This document shows, piece by piece, positions 37,913-47,801 of a stretch of 64,000 nucleotides of DNA. Under the pieces are notes generated by a model. That model was not told the DNA's origin and did no database searches. It saw only the letters and a program-made list of their open reading frames with translations. Origin of the DNA: an uncultured Oscillospiraceae bacterium. Its GTDB lineage: Bacteria; Bacillota; Clostridia; Oscillospirales; Oscillospiraceae. The DNA lies in the NCBI GenBank assembly GCA_964627295.1, contig CAZVJJ010000003.1, positions 6,022 through 70,021 on the forward strand. Direction: 5' to 3'. Every line of letters starts with the position of its first letter. Position 1 is the first letter of the stretch. Made by a program: the position numbers and the translations under genes.

Positions 37913-37957
37913 GTTTTATGCTCCCCTGTTAAGGCTTTGGATGTAGGAACTGCTTTC

Positions 37958-38045
37958 AAATTAGCAAAAGCTAACACTCGATCAAATAAAAAATTAGCGA
38001 AAGCTAACCCATCCACATACTACTTCCAGAGGGGGAATTTGTCAA
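37958..38045 (-). promoter_or_regulatory. feo promoter with two palindromic operators (DtxR/MntR-type)
   Basis: TTGACA-17-TAGTAT (38045-38017); TTAGC-N4-GCTAA at 37961-37974 and 37994-38007. Confidence 0.75.
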
Positions 38046-38114
38046 GTATTTTTTTCAAAAAAATCGGGTCACGATGCATTTTCTGCACCGCGACCCGATT
38101 TAAGAAAGTTCTTA

Positions 38115-38837
38115 TTACAGCATAACCATCACGCTTGCAAGCGTACCGTCTTTGTTAAAGTTAAATGCGAAGCTTGCGCCTGTGTTCTTGTGCTCAGAAT
38201 AGAAGATCATCGAAGTACCCGTTTGCACATAGTCAAATGCATCATTGCCTGTCGCAGGTCCAAACACCTCGATCACATCCGCCGCGGTGGAGCACTCGTT
38301 GATGCCACCGGGGAGCACAAAGGAAATCGCATCCTCGGCATTTTCGGGGATATTGATAGAGATTTTTGTTATGAAGCAGTCGCGAACTGCCGCTTTTGCG
38401 CTAGAATCGTTGCGCAAACGACCGATCTCCGCAGTTGCGATCTCACTTTCGCCATAGTAAAGGTTAAAGCCCATCACATAGGTATGCGCCTCGCCGTCTA
38501 CGCTCTGGTCAGCGATGGCATCGGAATAGAAGCGCCAACCATTTTCCAGTAGTTTGGAAACGGCGCACGGGAGCGAATAGGTAACGCCCGCAAGCGTGAT
38601 AGACATCGTTTCGATCGTGCCAGCATCGGGCGTGATCTCCCCATGGCTCTCAAAATCGACCGTAAGGGGCTTTCCTTTTTCTCCCTCATAGCCTGCAACC
38701 GTTTCCTCGGTCGTTTCGGTCACATCCTGCGTCTGCTGCTCGCCCCCCTGCGCATCCTCTGTGCCACAAGCGGTAAAGATGCCTGCCATGCACAAACATA
38801 CAAGGAGCATAGCGATCATTTTTTTCATTTCTTTCAT
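38115..38837 (-). CDS. Lipoprotein of unknown function
   Basis: Signal peptide with lipobox FTA-C, acidic linker; GGAGG RBS. Confidence 0.75.
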   Translation of the reverse strand: MKEMKKMIAMLLVCLCMAGIFTACGTEDAQGGEQQTQDVTETTEETVAGYEGEKGKPLTVDFESHGEITPDAGTIETMSITLAGVTYSLPCAVSKLLENGWRFYSDAIADQSVDGEAHTYVMGFNLYYGESEIATAEIGRLRNDSSAKAAVRDCFITKISINIPENAEDAISFVLPGGINECSTAADVIEVFGPATGNDAFDYVQTGTSMIFYSEHKNTGASFAFNFNKDGTLASVMVML

Positions 38838-39112
38838 TCTGTTTCCCTCCTGATTTGGGATCGATACGTGGCAACAAGTGCCTCTTTTTCTACTTTTGTT
38901 AGTTTTTTCAAGGCGATCTCACGTTTGAGCGCCGCGGAATGGTCGCCACAGACCTCGATATAGGCGATTTCGGTCGGTGTGTGGCTACGTGTGTATTTTG
39001 CGCCATGCCCCGTTCTGTGCGCTTCAAACCGCGCGGGAACATCGGTGGTAATGCCCGTATAGAGTGAGCCATCACAGCAGCGAAGCATATATAGCTTCCA
39101 AATCGATGCCAT
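38834..39112 (-). CDS. Stand-alone GIY-YIG nuclease (UPF0213/YazA-like)
   Basis: YMLRC.DGSLYTGITTD..R...H..G.GAKYTR..ALKRE. Confidence 0.9.
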   Translation of the reverse strand: MASIWKLYMLRCCDGSLYTGITTDVPARFEAHRTGHGAKYTRSHTPTEIAYIEVCGDHSAALKREIALKKLTKVEKEALVATYRSQIRRETE

Positions 39113-39118
39113 ATTCCC

Positions 39119-39619
39119 TCACTTTTTCCTTGCGAATTTGGAAAGGGCGGAATCCATCATAAAAAATGTCACATTAACCATAATAAGGGTCACGATGAGG
39201 AGCACTGTTCCCATTTCCGCAAACTCTGCGGCAAGCGCCGCCATGCCAAACAGATGGATGAGCACCGCATACATGACCAAGATCGCGACATTGAACACAA
39301 GTACCTTAAAAACCACACGCACTACACGCACGTGGCAGGCATCGATCCTCGGCTTGATAATGGGATAGTAGCCCTGAAAAACGAATACCGCCGCCGATTC
39401 TTTATCGGGCGAAAGCAGAAGCGATAGGAGCGCAACTGCGCCATACCACGCCCATGCGATGCGCGTGCCACAGCTCCTGCGCACGATCTCAAGCATGAGC
39501 GCACAAAGCAGTGAGCAGACATATGTGGCAAACGGGATCATACCGCCCAAAAACATGATGACCACCGCCAGCGCGGCAAACACACCGCCCAGCGCAACTT
39601 TTTTTGCTGAAGACTTCAT
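39119..39619 (-). CDS. Conserved membrane protein (5-6 TM; DUF2232/ECF S-component-like)
   Basis: Hydrophobic helices, P.KE..F..GYYPI.K; translationally coupled to pncB. Confidence 0.65.
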   Translation of the reverse strand: MKSSAKKVALGGVFAALAVVIMFLGGMIPFATYVCSLLCALMLEIVRRSCGTRIAWAWYGAVALLSLLLSPDKESAAVFVFQGYYPIIKPRIDACHVRVVRVVFKVLVFNVAILVMYAVLIHLFGMAALAAEFAEMGTVLLIVTLIMVNVTFFMMDSALSKFARKK

Positions 39620-41070
39620 CGTTTTGCATTTTCCTTTAGTAGACCATATTTGATATCCCAGAGCTTTTGGCTCAGATCCACATAATAGGTCTGGGGGTTA
39701 TCGAAGCGCTTGATCTCATCCCAGAGCATATCCACCTGCGTCGCGCAGTATTCGCGGATATCCTCGAGCGCAGGAAGCGAATAGACAAGCTCTCCATTGG
39801 AGAATATTTGCTTTTGAATCTCGACTGCCTGATAATCATAGACCGTCTTGCGCTTCCACGTGGCATCGGGATCGAAAATCTCAATATCCTTGGTGTCGTC
39901 CACGTGCTCATCATAGACGCACAGATAATCCGCGATCGCCTTATGCGTGTCGTTGCCGATAAAGCGATAGAGCTTTTTATAATGCGGGGTCGTGATCTTG
40001 CCAACGTTTTCCGAGATCTTGATCTTCGGGCGGATATCGCCCTCGCGATCTTCGACCGCAACGAGCTTGTATACACCACCGAAAACGGGCTCACTGCGCG
40101 CGGTGATGAGCCGCTCACCGACACCGAACAGGTCGATCTTCGCACCTTGACGAAGCACATCCTGAATGATGTGCTCATCGAGCGAATTGGATACGCTGAT
40201 CTTGCAATCTGTCCAGCCCGCTTCATCGAGCATTTTGCGCGCTTCGCGCGTCAGATATGCCATATCGCCTGAATCGAGACGGATACCGCATTGCGTGATG
40301 CCCATAGGTTTGAGCACTTCATTAAAGGCACGGATGGCGTTCGGAACGCCCGATTTGAGCGTATTGTAAGTATCGACGAGGAGCGTTGCATTGTTCGGGT
40401 ACATTTCGCAGTAGGCTTTGAACGCCTCGTACTCCGTATCAAACATCTGCACCCAAGCGTGTGCCATCGTTCCACCCGCGCGGACACCGAAGAGCTGGTC
40501 AGAGATCGTGCACGCCGTACCGTGACAGCCGCCGATATATGCCGCACGCGCGCCAAGGATCGCCGCATCCGCACCTTGCGCACGGCGCGAACCGAATTCA
40601 AGAACCGTCCTTCCCTCAGCCGCACGGACGACACGGTTCGCCTTTGTCGCGATCAGGCTCTGATGATTGATGCAAAGAAGCAGGTACGTTTCAATGAGTT
40701 GGGCTTCGATCGCAGGTGCGCGCACCGTAATGATCGGTTCGCGCGGAAAAACGACCGTTCCCTCAGGAACTGCCCAGATATCCCCTGTGAAACGGAAATT
40801 CTCAAGATACTGCAAAAATGCTTCCGAGAACATCCCCCGTTCGCGAAGATACGCAATATCCTCCGCATCAAAATGAAGCTGCTGGATGTATTCGACGATC
40901 TGCTCCAGTCCTGCGGCGATCGCAAAGCCGCCACCGTCGGGGCAGCGACGGAAGAAAAGATCAAAATATGTGATCCGTTCCTGATATCCCTTTTCAAAAT
41001 AGCCCTGCGCCATTGTGATCTCGTAGAAATCAAAAAGCATGGATAGATTCCGCTTGTTTTTCCTGTTCAT
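39616..41070 (-). CDS. pncB: Nicotinate phosphoribosyltransferase
   Basis: DFYEITM, EFGSRRAQG, GTMAHAW, LVDTY, IRLDSGD, GGVYKL. Confidence 0.96.
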   Translation of the reverse strand: MNRKNKRNLSMLFDFYEITMAQGYFEKGYQERITYFDLFFRRCPDGGGFAIAAGLEQIVEYIQQLHFDAEDIAYLRERGMFSEAFLQYLENFRFTGDIWAVPEGTVVFPREPIITVRAPAIEAQLIETYLLLCINHQSLIATKANRVVRAAEGRTVLEFGSRRAQGADAAILGARAAYIGGCHGTACTISDQLFGVRAGGTMAHAWVQMFDTEYEAFKAYCEMYPNNATLLVDTYNTLKSGVPNAIRAFNEVLKPMGITQCGIRLDSGDMAYLTREARKMLDEAGWTDCKISVSNSLDEHIIQDVLRQGAKIDLFGVGERLITARSEPVFGGVYKLVAVEDREGDIRPKIKISENVGKITTPHYKKLYRFIGNDTHKAIADYLCVYDEHVDDTKDIEIFDPDATWKRKTVYDYQAVEIQKQIFSNGELVYSLPALEDIREYCATQVDMLWDEIKRFDNPQTYYVDLSQKLWDIKYGLLKENAKR

Positions 41071-41146
41071 AAGCACATCTCCATCGGTGTAGCATTTTTC
41101 TATGGTCTTATTATATCGAAAATGGATGCAAATAGCAACCTTTTTA

Positions 41147-41175
41147 TTGACAGATGTGCCCCGTGTGGGTATGAT
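41147..41175 (+). promoter_or_regulatory. Sigma-A promoter of the thioesterase gene, back-to-back with the pncB promoter
   Basis: TTGACA-17-TATGAT; divergent TTGCTA-17-TATAAT at about 41110-41138. Confidence 0.7.
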
Positions 41176-41209
41176 AAAAGAAAAGAATTTATGAACGGAG
41201 GACATTTTT

Positions 41210-41596
41210 ATGGAAATCACCGTCGGAATGCGCGGTCACGCCTCTACCCTTGTTGAGCGCGAGGATACTGCCTACGAGGTAGGAAGTGGCTCACTTTTGG
41301 TCTATGCGACCCCCTGCATGGCGGCTCTCATGGAGGGCGCGGCGTGCGACGCGATCGCAGATGCGCTGAAAGAAACCGAAACATCGGTCGGCACAGCGCT
41401 CAATATCGCGCATATCAGCGCAACACCTGTCGGACTTGAAGTGCACGCAGAAGCAGAAGTGACCGAAGTAAACGGGAAAGCCATCACCTTTTCTCTGAAA
41501 GTCAGCGACGAAGTAGGCGAGATCGGCAACGGCACGCACACGCGCGTGATCGTAAACAGCCAAAAATTCCTCGAAAAGGCGTATAACAAGCTATGA
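41210..41596 (+). CDS. Hot-dog-fold thioesterase (FlK-like)
   Basis: GSG.L.VYATP.M.ALME, SVGT...I.H...TPVG, G.GTH.R. Confidence 0.88.
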   Translation: MEITVGMRGHASTLVEREDTAYEVGSGSLLVYATPCMAALMEGAACDAIADALKETETSVGTALNIAHISATPVGLEVHAEAEVTEVNGKAITFSLKVSDEVGEIGNGTHTRVIVNSQKFLEKAYNKL

Positions 41597-41645
41597 TACG
41601 CAATAAAAATGACTGCTGTAGAGATCACAGCAGTCATTTTTTCTC

Positions 41646-42419
41646 TTATTGGGCTTTCGCGCGGTCTGCAAGGATGAGGCGCTTGACCGCTTCGATGCCG
41701 ACGCGGATCGCGCCCGAGGTATCCTCGGTCATGGGCATGAACATTCCCGCCTTTTCGCGCTCCTGATTCCAAACCACGTGGAAACAGCTTCCGCAACGCA
41801 CACGGAGTGCCGACGCAACAACGAAAAGTGCCGCAGATTCCATTTCGCTCGCCTTTACGCCAAGGCGCTTCCAGCTCTCCCATTTATTGAGCAGTTCATA
41901 ATACACAGGGGAGCTTTCGGGGCTATGCTGGCCGTAGAACGAATCCTTGCATTGCACGACACCTGTATGGATGCGATAGCCGAGATCTTCACCTGCTTCC
42001 TTGAGCGCAGACGTAACAGTAAAATCAGCGACCGATGGGAATTCGATCGGTGCATATTCAAGCGAGGTATGCTCAAATCGCACAGCGCCCGTTGCAACAA
42101 CGACATCACCGGGCATAACATCGAGGTCGATACCGCCGCACGTGCCAACGCGGACGAACGTATCAGCACCGATCTTGACGAGCTCTTCCATCGCGATGGC
42201 GGCAGACGGCCCACCGATGCCCGTGGAGCAGACGGATACCTTTTCGCCAAGCAGCGTACCTGTCCAGATATTGTATTCTCTGTTCATGCCAACATGGACA
42301 GGGTCATCAAAATGTTTCGCGATCGCTTCACAGCGACCAGGATCACCGGGCAGGAGCACGTAGCGACCGACGTCTCCCTCCGAGCAACGGATATGGAATT
42401 GCTTTTCTGTGTTCTGCAT
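41646..42419 (-). CDS. udp: Uridine phosphorylase
   Basis: [33 protein letters not shown]. Confidence 0.93.
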   Translation of the reverse strand: MQNTEKQFHIRCSEGDVGRYVLLPGDPGRCEAIAKHFDDPVHVGMNREYNIWTGTLLGEKVSVCSTGIGGPSAAIAMEELVKIGADTFVRVGTCGGIDLDVMPGDVVVATGAVRFEHTSLEYAPIEFPSVADFTVTSALKEAGEDLGYRIHTGVVQCKDSFYGQHSPESSPVYYELLNKWESWKRLGVKASEMESAALFVVASALRVRCGSCFHVVWNQEREKAGMFMPMTEDTSGAIRVGIEAVKRLILADRAKAQ

Positions 42420-42650
42420 AGTCATCATCCTTTTGTAAAAAATATATAAAACACTATAGCACAAAGCGACGGGTTTTGCAAGTATTAAATAATCGTCACC
42501 CGAAAGCAGACCGATATCTCTTGTACAATTTCCACAAGAATGTGAACAATGGGAAAACATTTTAAGAAATCTTAAAAATTATGGTTGTTATTTTTCCGCT
42601 GATATATTAAAATAGGAAAGGATATGACAAAGAAGATCAGGAGGATCCTT

Positions 42651-43373
42651 ATGAACGATATCAAATACAAGCGCATCTTGCTGAAAGTCAGCGGCGAAGC
42701 ACTCGCTGGCGAAGCACACCGTGGTCTCGATTTCAGCATCATCAATGCTCTGTGCGAGTCCATCAAGACCTGCACCGAAATGGGCGTGCAGATCGGTCTT
42801 ATGATCGGCGCTGGCAACTTCTGGCGTGGCGTGAAGGACGGTGCAGATAAAATGCAGCGCTCCCATGCCGATGCTATGGGTATGCTCGGCACGGTGATGA
42901 ACGCGATCGCTGTTGCAGACGCACTCGAAAAGCATGGCGTGGACGCACGCGTTTTGAGCGCAGTCGAAATGAACAAGTTCGCAGAATACTTCACCCGCGA
43001 TACGGCTGACCGTTACCTCAATGAGGGCAAGGTCGTCCTCTTCGCCGCAGGCACAGGCAACCCCTACTTCTCCACCGATACGGGCGCAGTCCTGCGCGGT
43101 GTGGAGATCGAAGCCGACGCGATCCTCATGGCAAAGAACATCGATGCCATCTATTCCGCAGACCCCCACAAAGACCCCAACGCCGTAAAGTACACGAATC
43201 TTACATACGGCGAGGCACTTGCCAAGAATCTCAAAGCGACCGACATCACCGCAATGGCGCTCGCCATGGACAACGACATGACCATGGTCTGCTTTGGTCT
43301 TGACGAAGAGAACAGCATCGTGCGCGTGGTGTGCGGCGAAGCCATCGGCACCACCGTGAAAAATCACTTTTAA
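42651..43373 (+). CDS. pyrH: UMP kinase
   Basis: YKRILLKVSGEAL, GAGNFWRG, GTGNPYFSTD; AGGAGG RBS. Confidence 0.97.
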   Translation: MNDIKYKRILLKVSGEALAGEAHRGLDFSIINALCESIKTCTEMGVQIGLMIGAGNFWRGVKDGADKMQRSHADAMGMLGTVMNAIAVADALEKHGVDARVLSAVEMNKFAEYFTRDTADRYLNEGKVVLFAAGTGNPYFSTDTGAVLRGVEIEADAILMAKNIDAIYSADPHKDPNAVKYTNLTYGEALAKNLKATDITAMALAMDNDMTMVCFGLDEENSIVRVVCGEAIGTTVKNHF

Positions 43374-43387
43374 GGAGGACTACAATT

Positions 43388-43942
43388 ATGGCAGTTGATT
43401 TCAGCGAATACGCAAAGAGAATGGACAAGGCACTTTCTCACCTTGAGGAGGAATTCGGCGCTGTCCGTGCTGGCCGCGCAAATGCTAAGGTTCTTGACCG
43501 CATCAGCGTGGAATACTATGGAAGTGAAACGCCGCTCAATGGCGTTGCGACCATCTCCTCCCCCGACGCACGCACGCTCGTGATCCAGCCGTGGGACACC
43601 AAGCTTCTTAAAGACATTCAGAAAGCGATCCTCACCTCGGATCTTGGCATCAACCCCCAGAACGACGGCAGAGTGATCCGCCTTGTCTTCCCGCAGCTGA
43701 CCGAGGATCGCCGTAAAGATCTCGTTAAGCAGGTCAAGAAGTATGCAGAAGATGCGAAGGTCGCTATGCGCAACATCCGCCGCGACGGCATGGACTATGT
43801 CAAGAAGCTGAAGAAGAACAGCGAGATCACCGAAGACGACCAGAAAAAAGCCGAGAAAGATCTGCAGGATCTGCTCGACAAGAACATCAAGAAGGTCGAT
43901 ACCGCCCTTGCTTCCAAAGAAAAGGAACTCATGGCGATCTGA
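43388..43942 (+). CDS. frr: Ribosome recycling factor
   Basis: RAGRAN, YYG..TPL, P.LTEDRRK, RNIRRD. Confidence 0.98.
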   Translation: MAVDFSEYAKRMDKALSHLEEEFGAVRAGRANAKVLDRISVEYYGSETPLNGVATISSPDARTLVIQPWDTKLLKDIQKAILTSDLGINPQNDGRVIRLVFPQLTEDRRKDLVKQVKKYAEDAKVAMRNIRRDGMDYVKKLKKNSEITEDDQKKAEKDLQDLLDKNIKKVDTALASKEKELMAI

Positions 43943-44018
43943 TTTCCATTGCAGCTCCCGAGGAAACTCGGGAGCTCATCCCTGCATTTATCACAATATA
44001 TAGAAAGAGGTGCTCTTT

Positions 44019-44735
44019 TTGGCACTTTCTGAGAAAAACGCCGTTCCCCAGCACATCGCCATCATCATGGATGGCAATGGACGCTGGGCAAAAAAGCGCG
44101 GTCTGCCGCGCACCGCAGGTCACGCCGCTGGCGCAGAAGCATTTCGCACCATTGCAAACTACTGCCGCACGCTTGGCGTAAAATACCTGACCGTTTACGC
44201 TTTCTCCACCGAAAACTGGAAGCGCTCCGAGGACGAGATTGCTGGCATCATGCGCCTTCTCGGCAAATACCTTCAGGAAGCACTTCGCGACATGGAGAAA
44301 AATGCTGTTACGTTCCGCTTTTTCGGCGATTTGAGCCGATTGAGCCCCGAGCTTCAAAAGCTCTGCCACGATGCTGAGACCCGCTCGACCGTCTACCATG
44401 AGGTACAGGTCAATTTCTGTCTCAATTACGGCGGGCGCGATGAGATCGTTCACGCCGCCCGTGCATTTGCCGAGGATGTCGCCGCAGGCAGGCGCGCACC
44501 CGAGGAGCTGACGGAAGAAGTGCTTTCTTCCTACCTTTATTCTGCCGACGTACCGGATCCTGAGCTCATTATCCGCCCCTCTGGCGAGATGCGCACCAGC
44601 AATTTCCTGCTGTGGCAGTCCGCATACTCGGAATTTGTATTTCTGAATGTTCTATGGCCCGATTTCGGCCCAGCCGATCTCGACCGTGCCATTGAAGAAT
44701 ATCAGCGGCGCAATCGCCGTTTTGGAGGGACATAA
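44019..44735 (+). CDS. uppS: Undecaprenyl diphosphate synthase
   Basis: HIAIIMDGNGRWA, FSTENWKR, NYGGR, RPSGE.R.SNFLLWQ; TTG start assumed. Confidence 0.96.
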   Translation: MALSEKNAVPQHIAIIMDGNGRWAKKRGLPRTAGHAAGAEAFRTIANYCRTLGVKYLTVYAFSTENWKRSEDEIAGIMRLLGKYLQEALRDMEKNAVTFRFFGDLSRLSPELQKLCHDAETRSTVYHEVQVNFCLNYGGRDEIVHAARAFAEDVAAGRRAPEELTEEVLSSYLYSADVPDPELIIRPSGEMRTSNFLLWQSAYSEFVFLNVLWPDFGPADLDRAIEEYQRRNRRFGGT

Positions 44736-44740
44736 ATAGA

Positions 44741-45553
44741 ATGAAAACTCGTATCATCGCAGGCGCTGTCCTTGTGATCGTCCTGCTCGTTCTGGTGCTG
44801 GCTGTGCCGAAGTGGCTCACGGCAGTCGTTTTTGGTCTGCTGCTTGCCATCGCTTCCTATGAACTGCTCTACAGAACAGGGCTTGTAAGGCACATCCGCC
44901 TGAATTGCTACTCCGCCGTGATGGCATTCGCCACATCGGTCTGGAGCATCCTCGGTGCACCGCACGCATTTGCCGTTTTGGTCATCACCCTATTTTTCTG
45001 CGCGCTTTTTGCAGAAATGATGGCAGACCATATCAAGGTCCATTTTGATATGCTTGCCATGTGCGTCGTTGCAGGCTTGATCGTTCCCTATCTTCTCAGC
45101 GCCCTCATGCGCATCCTCGCCATGCGCTACGGAAGATATCTCGTGCTCGTTCCGTTTATCATTGCATATGCAAACGATGCAGGTGCATACTTTGCTGGCA
45201 TGAAATTCGGCAAGCACAAGCTCGCACCAGTCGTAAGCCCCAATAAGACCATCGAGGGTCTGCTCGGTGGCTTTGGTGCGGCACTCGTTGGAATGCTGCT
45301 TTACTGCCTCGTGCTGCAATTTGCATTTGATTTTTCCGTCAATTACGGTTACGCGATCCTCTATGCCATCGTTGGCGCTGTGCTTGGTGCATTTGGTGAT
45401 CTTTGCTTTTCGATCATCAAGCGTCAAACTGGCATCAAAGATTACGGCAACCTGATCCCCGGTCACGGTGGCGTGCTTGACCGTTTCGACTCTGTTACCA
45501 CAGTCGCACCGATCATGGAAGCATTTATGCTGCTGTTGCCTTTGGTGGTGTAA
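44741..45553 (+). CDS. cdsA: Phosphatidate cytidylyltransferase
   Basis: SPNKTIEG, IKR..GIKDYG.LIPGHGGVLDRFDS. Confidence 0.96.
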   Translation: MKTRIIAGAVLVIVLLVLVLAVPKWLTAVVFGLLLAIASYELLYRTGLVRHIRLNCYSAVMAFATSVWSILGAPHAFAVLVITLFFCALFAEMMADHIKVHFDMLAMCVVAGLIVPYLLSALMRILAMRYGRYLVLVPFIIAYANDAGAYFAGMKFGKHKLAPVVSPNKTIEGLLGGFGAALVGMLLYCLVLQFAFDFSVNYGYAILYAIVGAVLGAFGDLCFSIIKRQTGIKDYGNLIPGHGGVLDRFDSVTTVAPIMEAFMLLLPLVV

Positions 45554-45557
45554 TATT

Positions 45558-46721
45558 ATGAAAAACTGTATCAGTATCCTGGGCTCTACTGGCTCGATCG
45601 GTCGGCAAACACTCGACATTATCAGTCATCTTCCACAAGTTCGGGTGGTGGCGCTCACGGCAGGAAAGAATGTCGCGCGCATGGCAGAGCAATGCCGCGA
45701 ATTTCGCCCCACACTTGCCGTAATGGAAACGGAAGAAGCGGCTGAAGCGCTCAAATCGCGTATCTCCGATCTTCCCATCCGCGTAAGCTTCGGTGAAGAA
45801 GGTCTGATCGAAGCGGCAACGATCGCCGATGCCGACTGCGTGATCACCGCCGTGATGGGCATGGTCGGACTAAAGCCGACCCTTGCCGCCATCCGTGCAA
45901 AAAAGCGCATCGGTCTTGCCAACAAGGAAACGCTCGTTTGCGCGGGTGAACTTGTAATGGCAGAAGCCGAAAAATATGACGCTGAGATCATCCCTGTCGA
46001 TTCAGAGCACTCGGCGATCTATCAATGCCTGATGGGCAATCACGACCGCAAGGAAGTCAAGCGCCTTATTCTCACCTGCTCAGGTGGGCCTTTTTACGGT
46101 ATGACACAAGAACAACTAAAAACGGTAACGAAAGCCGATGCCCTCAAGCATCCCAACTGGAAAATGGGCGAAAAGATCACCATCGACTGTGCCACGCTCA
46201 TGAATAAAGGGCTTGAAGTGATCGAAGCGATGCGCCTTTACCGTATGCCCATCGACAAGGTGGATGTCGTCATCCACCGCCAGAGCATCGTGCATTCCAT
46301 GGTCGAATATGTTGACGGCGCTGTGATGGCGCAGCTCGGTTCTCCCGATATGCGTCTGCCCATTCAGCTTGCGCTGACCTATCCCGAGCGCATCCCCTGC
46401 CCCGCACCGTCGCTGGATCTTCTCACCTACGGCGCGCTCACATTCGCAAAGCCCGACATTGAAAGCTTCCCCTGCCTTGCACTCGCCTATCGCTGTGCGC
46501 GTCTCGGTGGTACTGCCTGCCCCGTTATGAACGGAGCGAATGAGGAAGCCGTTGCCATGTTCCTGCGCGACGAGATCGGTTTTTACGACATTTATACGCT
46601 CGTGTGCGGTGCTGTCGATCACGTTCCATTCATCCAAGAGCCAACGCTCGACCAAATTCTCGAATCCGACCGCCTTGCGCGCGAATACGTGCGTACAAAT
46701 GCGGTCAAGTTAGCGAGGTAA
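45558..46721 (+). CDS. dxr: 1-deoxy-D-xylulose-5-phosphate reductoisomerase
   Basis: LGSTGSIG, LANKE, PVDSEH, HPNW.MG.KITID.AT. Confidence 0.98.
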   Translation: MKNCISILGSTGSIGRQTLDIISHLPQVRVVALTAGKNVARMAEQCREFRPTLAVMETEEAAEALKSRISDLPIRVSFGEEGLIEAATIADADCVITAVMGMVGLKPTLAAIRAKKRIGLANKETLVCAGELVMAEAEKYDAEIIPVDSEHSAIYQCLMGNHDRKEVKRLILTCSGGPFYGMTQEQLKTVTKADALKHPNWKMGEKITIDCATLMNKGLEVIEAMRLYRMPIDKVDVVIHRQSIVHSMVEYVDGAVMAQLGSPDMRLPIQLALTYPERIPCPAPSLDLLTYGALTFAKPDIESFPCLALAYRCARLGGTACPVMNGANEEAVAMFLRDEIGFYDIYTLVCGAVDHVPFIQEPTLDQILESDRLAREYVRTNAVKLAR

Positions 46722-46723
46722 CC

Positions 46724-47785
46724 ATGACCATCGTCTTTGCAATTTTACTTTTCAGCTTTCTGATCTTCATCCACGAATTCGGCCATTTTGCCGTTGCGAA
46801 GCTTTCTGGCGTGCAGGTCAACGAATTCTCCATCTTTATGGGTCCTGCCATCTGGAAAAAACAGCACGGTGAAACGCTCTACTCCATCCGCTGTATCCCC
46901 ATCGGTGGCTACTGCGCCATGGAGGGCGAGGACGAAGATACCGATAATCCCCGCTCGTTTCTGAAAGCGGCATGGTGGAAGCGCTTTTTCATCCTGATCG
47001 CAGGTGCTGCAATGAATTTCCTTGCAGGTTTCCTCATCATGGTGATCGTGAGCACGTCCCTTTTTCAGGCAGTTCCGACCATTGACTTTCTGCGCACAGG
47101 AAGTAGCCTTGCCTGCGAGGGTGGACTGCGCGCTGGTGACGAACTGCTTGAAGTAGACGGCACGCCGATCCATTCAACTGCCGATTTTTCTGCCGTACTC
47201 AGCCGTGACCAGAGCGTGACCGAGTTTGATGTGCTCGTAAAACGCGACGGCGAAGAAGTGCTCCTGCAAAATGTGCCCATCATCCCGCGTGAATTTGAAG
47301 CCGACGATGAGGGCGAAGCAGGCACATTCTATGGCATTCAATGGAAAGTCAAGCGTCTACACTTCGGTCAGGTGATCGAAAATGCATGGAATAGCTGTGT
47401 GTACTTTGTAAAGCTCGTATGGATGAGCCTTGAGATGCTTGTTTCTGGCGAAGCTGGGCTTAGCGATATGTCTGGTCCTGTCGGCATCGTCGATATGATG
47501 AACGAAACTGCGCAGGCATCCGAAACCACACGCGATGCGATCCTCAATCTCCTCTATATCGGCGCATTCATCGCGGTGAACCTTGCCGTTATGAATCTTC
47601 TGCCCATCCCCGCACTCGACGGCGGACGGATCCTTTTCCTCCTGCTGACGGTGCTCATCGAAACGATCACACGAAAGAAGCTTGACCCCAAATACGAGGG
47701 CTATATCAATGCGGTCGGAATGATCGCGCTTCTGGCACTCATGGCATTTGTCATGTTCAAAGACATTTGGGGTCTTTTCCGCTAA
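46724..47785 (+). CDS. rseP: RIP metalloprotease RseP/RasP (M50, PDZ)
   Basis: HEFGH, PIGGYC, NLLPIPALDGG. Confidence 0.93.
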   Translation: MTIVFAILLFSFLIFIHEFGHFAVAKLSGVQVNEFSIFMGPAIWKKQHGETLYSIRCIPIGGYCAMEGEDEDTDNPRSFLKAAWWKRFFILIAGAAMNFLAGFLIMVIVSTSLFQAVPTIDFLRTGSSLACEGGLRAGDELLEVDGTPIHSTADFSAVLSRDQSVTEFDVLVKRDGEEVLLQNVPIIPREFEADDEGEAGTFYGIQWKVKRLHFGQVIENAWNSCVYFVKLVWMSLEMLVSGEAGLSDMSGPVGIVDMMNETAQASETTRDAILNLLYIGAFIAVNLAVMNLLPIPALDGGRILFLLLTVLIETITRKKLDPKYEGYINAVGMIALLALMAFVMFKDIWGLFR

Positions 47786-47801
47786 AGAAAGGGGTATCAC
47801 C

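Noticed and set aside
38834-39112. GIY-YIG gene as a homing endonuclease or mobile element
   Set aside because: 92-aa stand-alone UPF0213-type protein with no DNA-binding extension, intron or flanking repeats.
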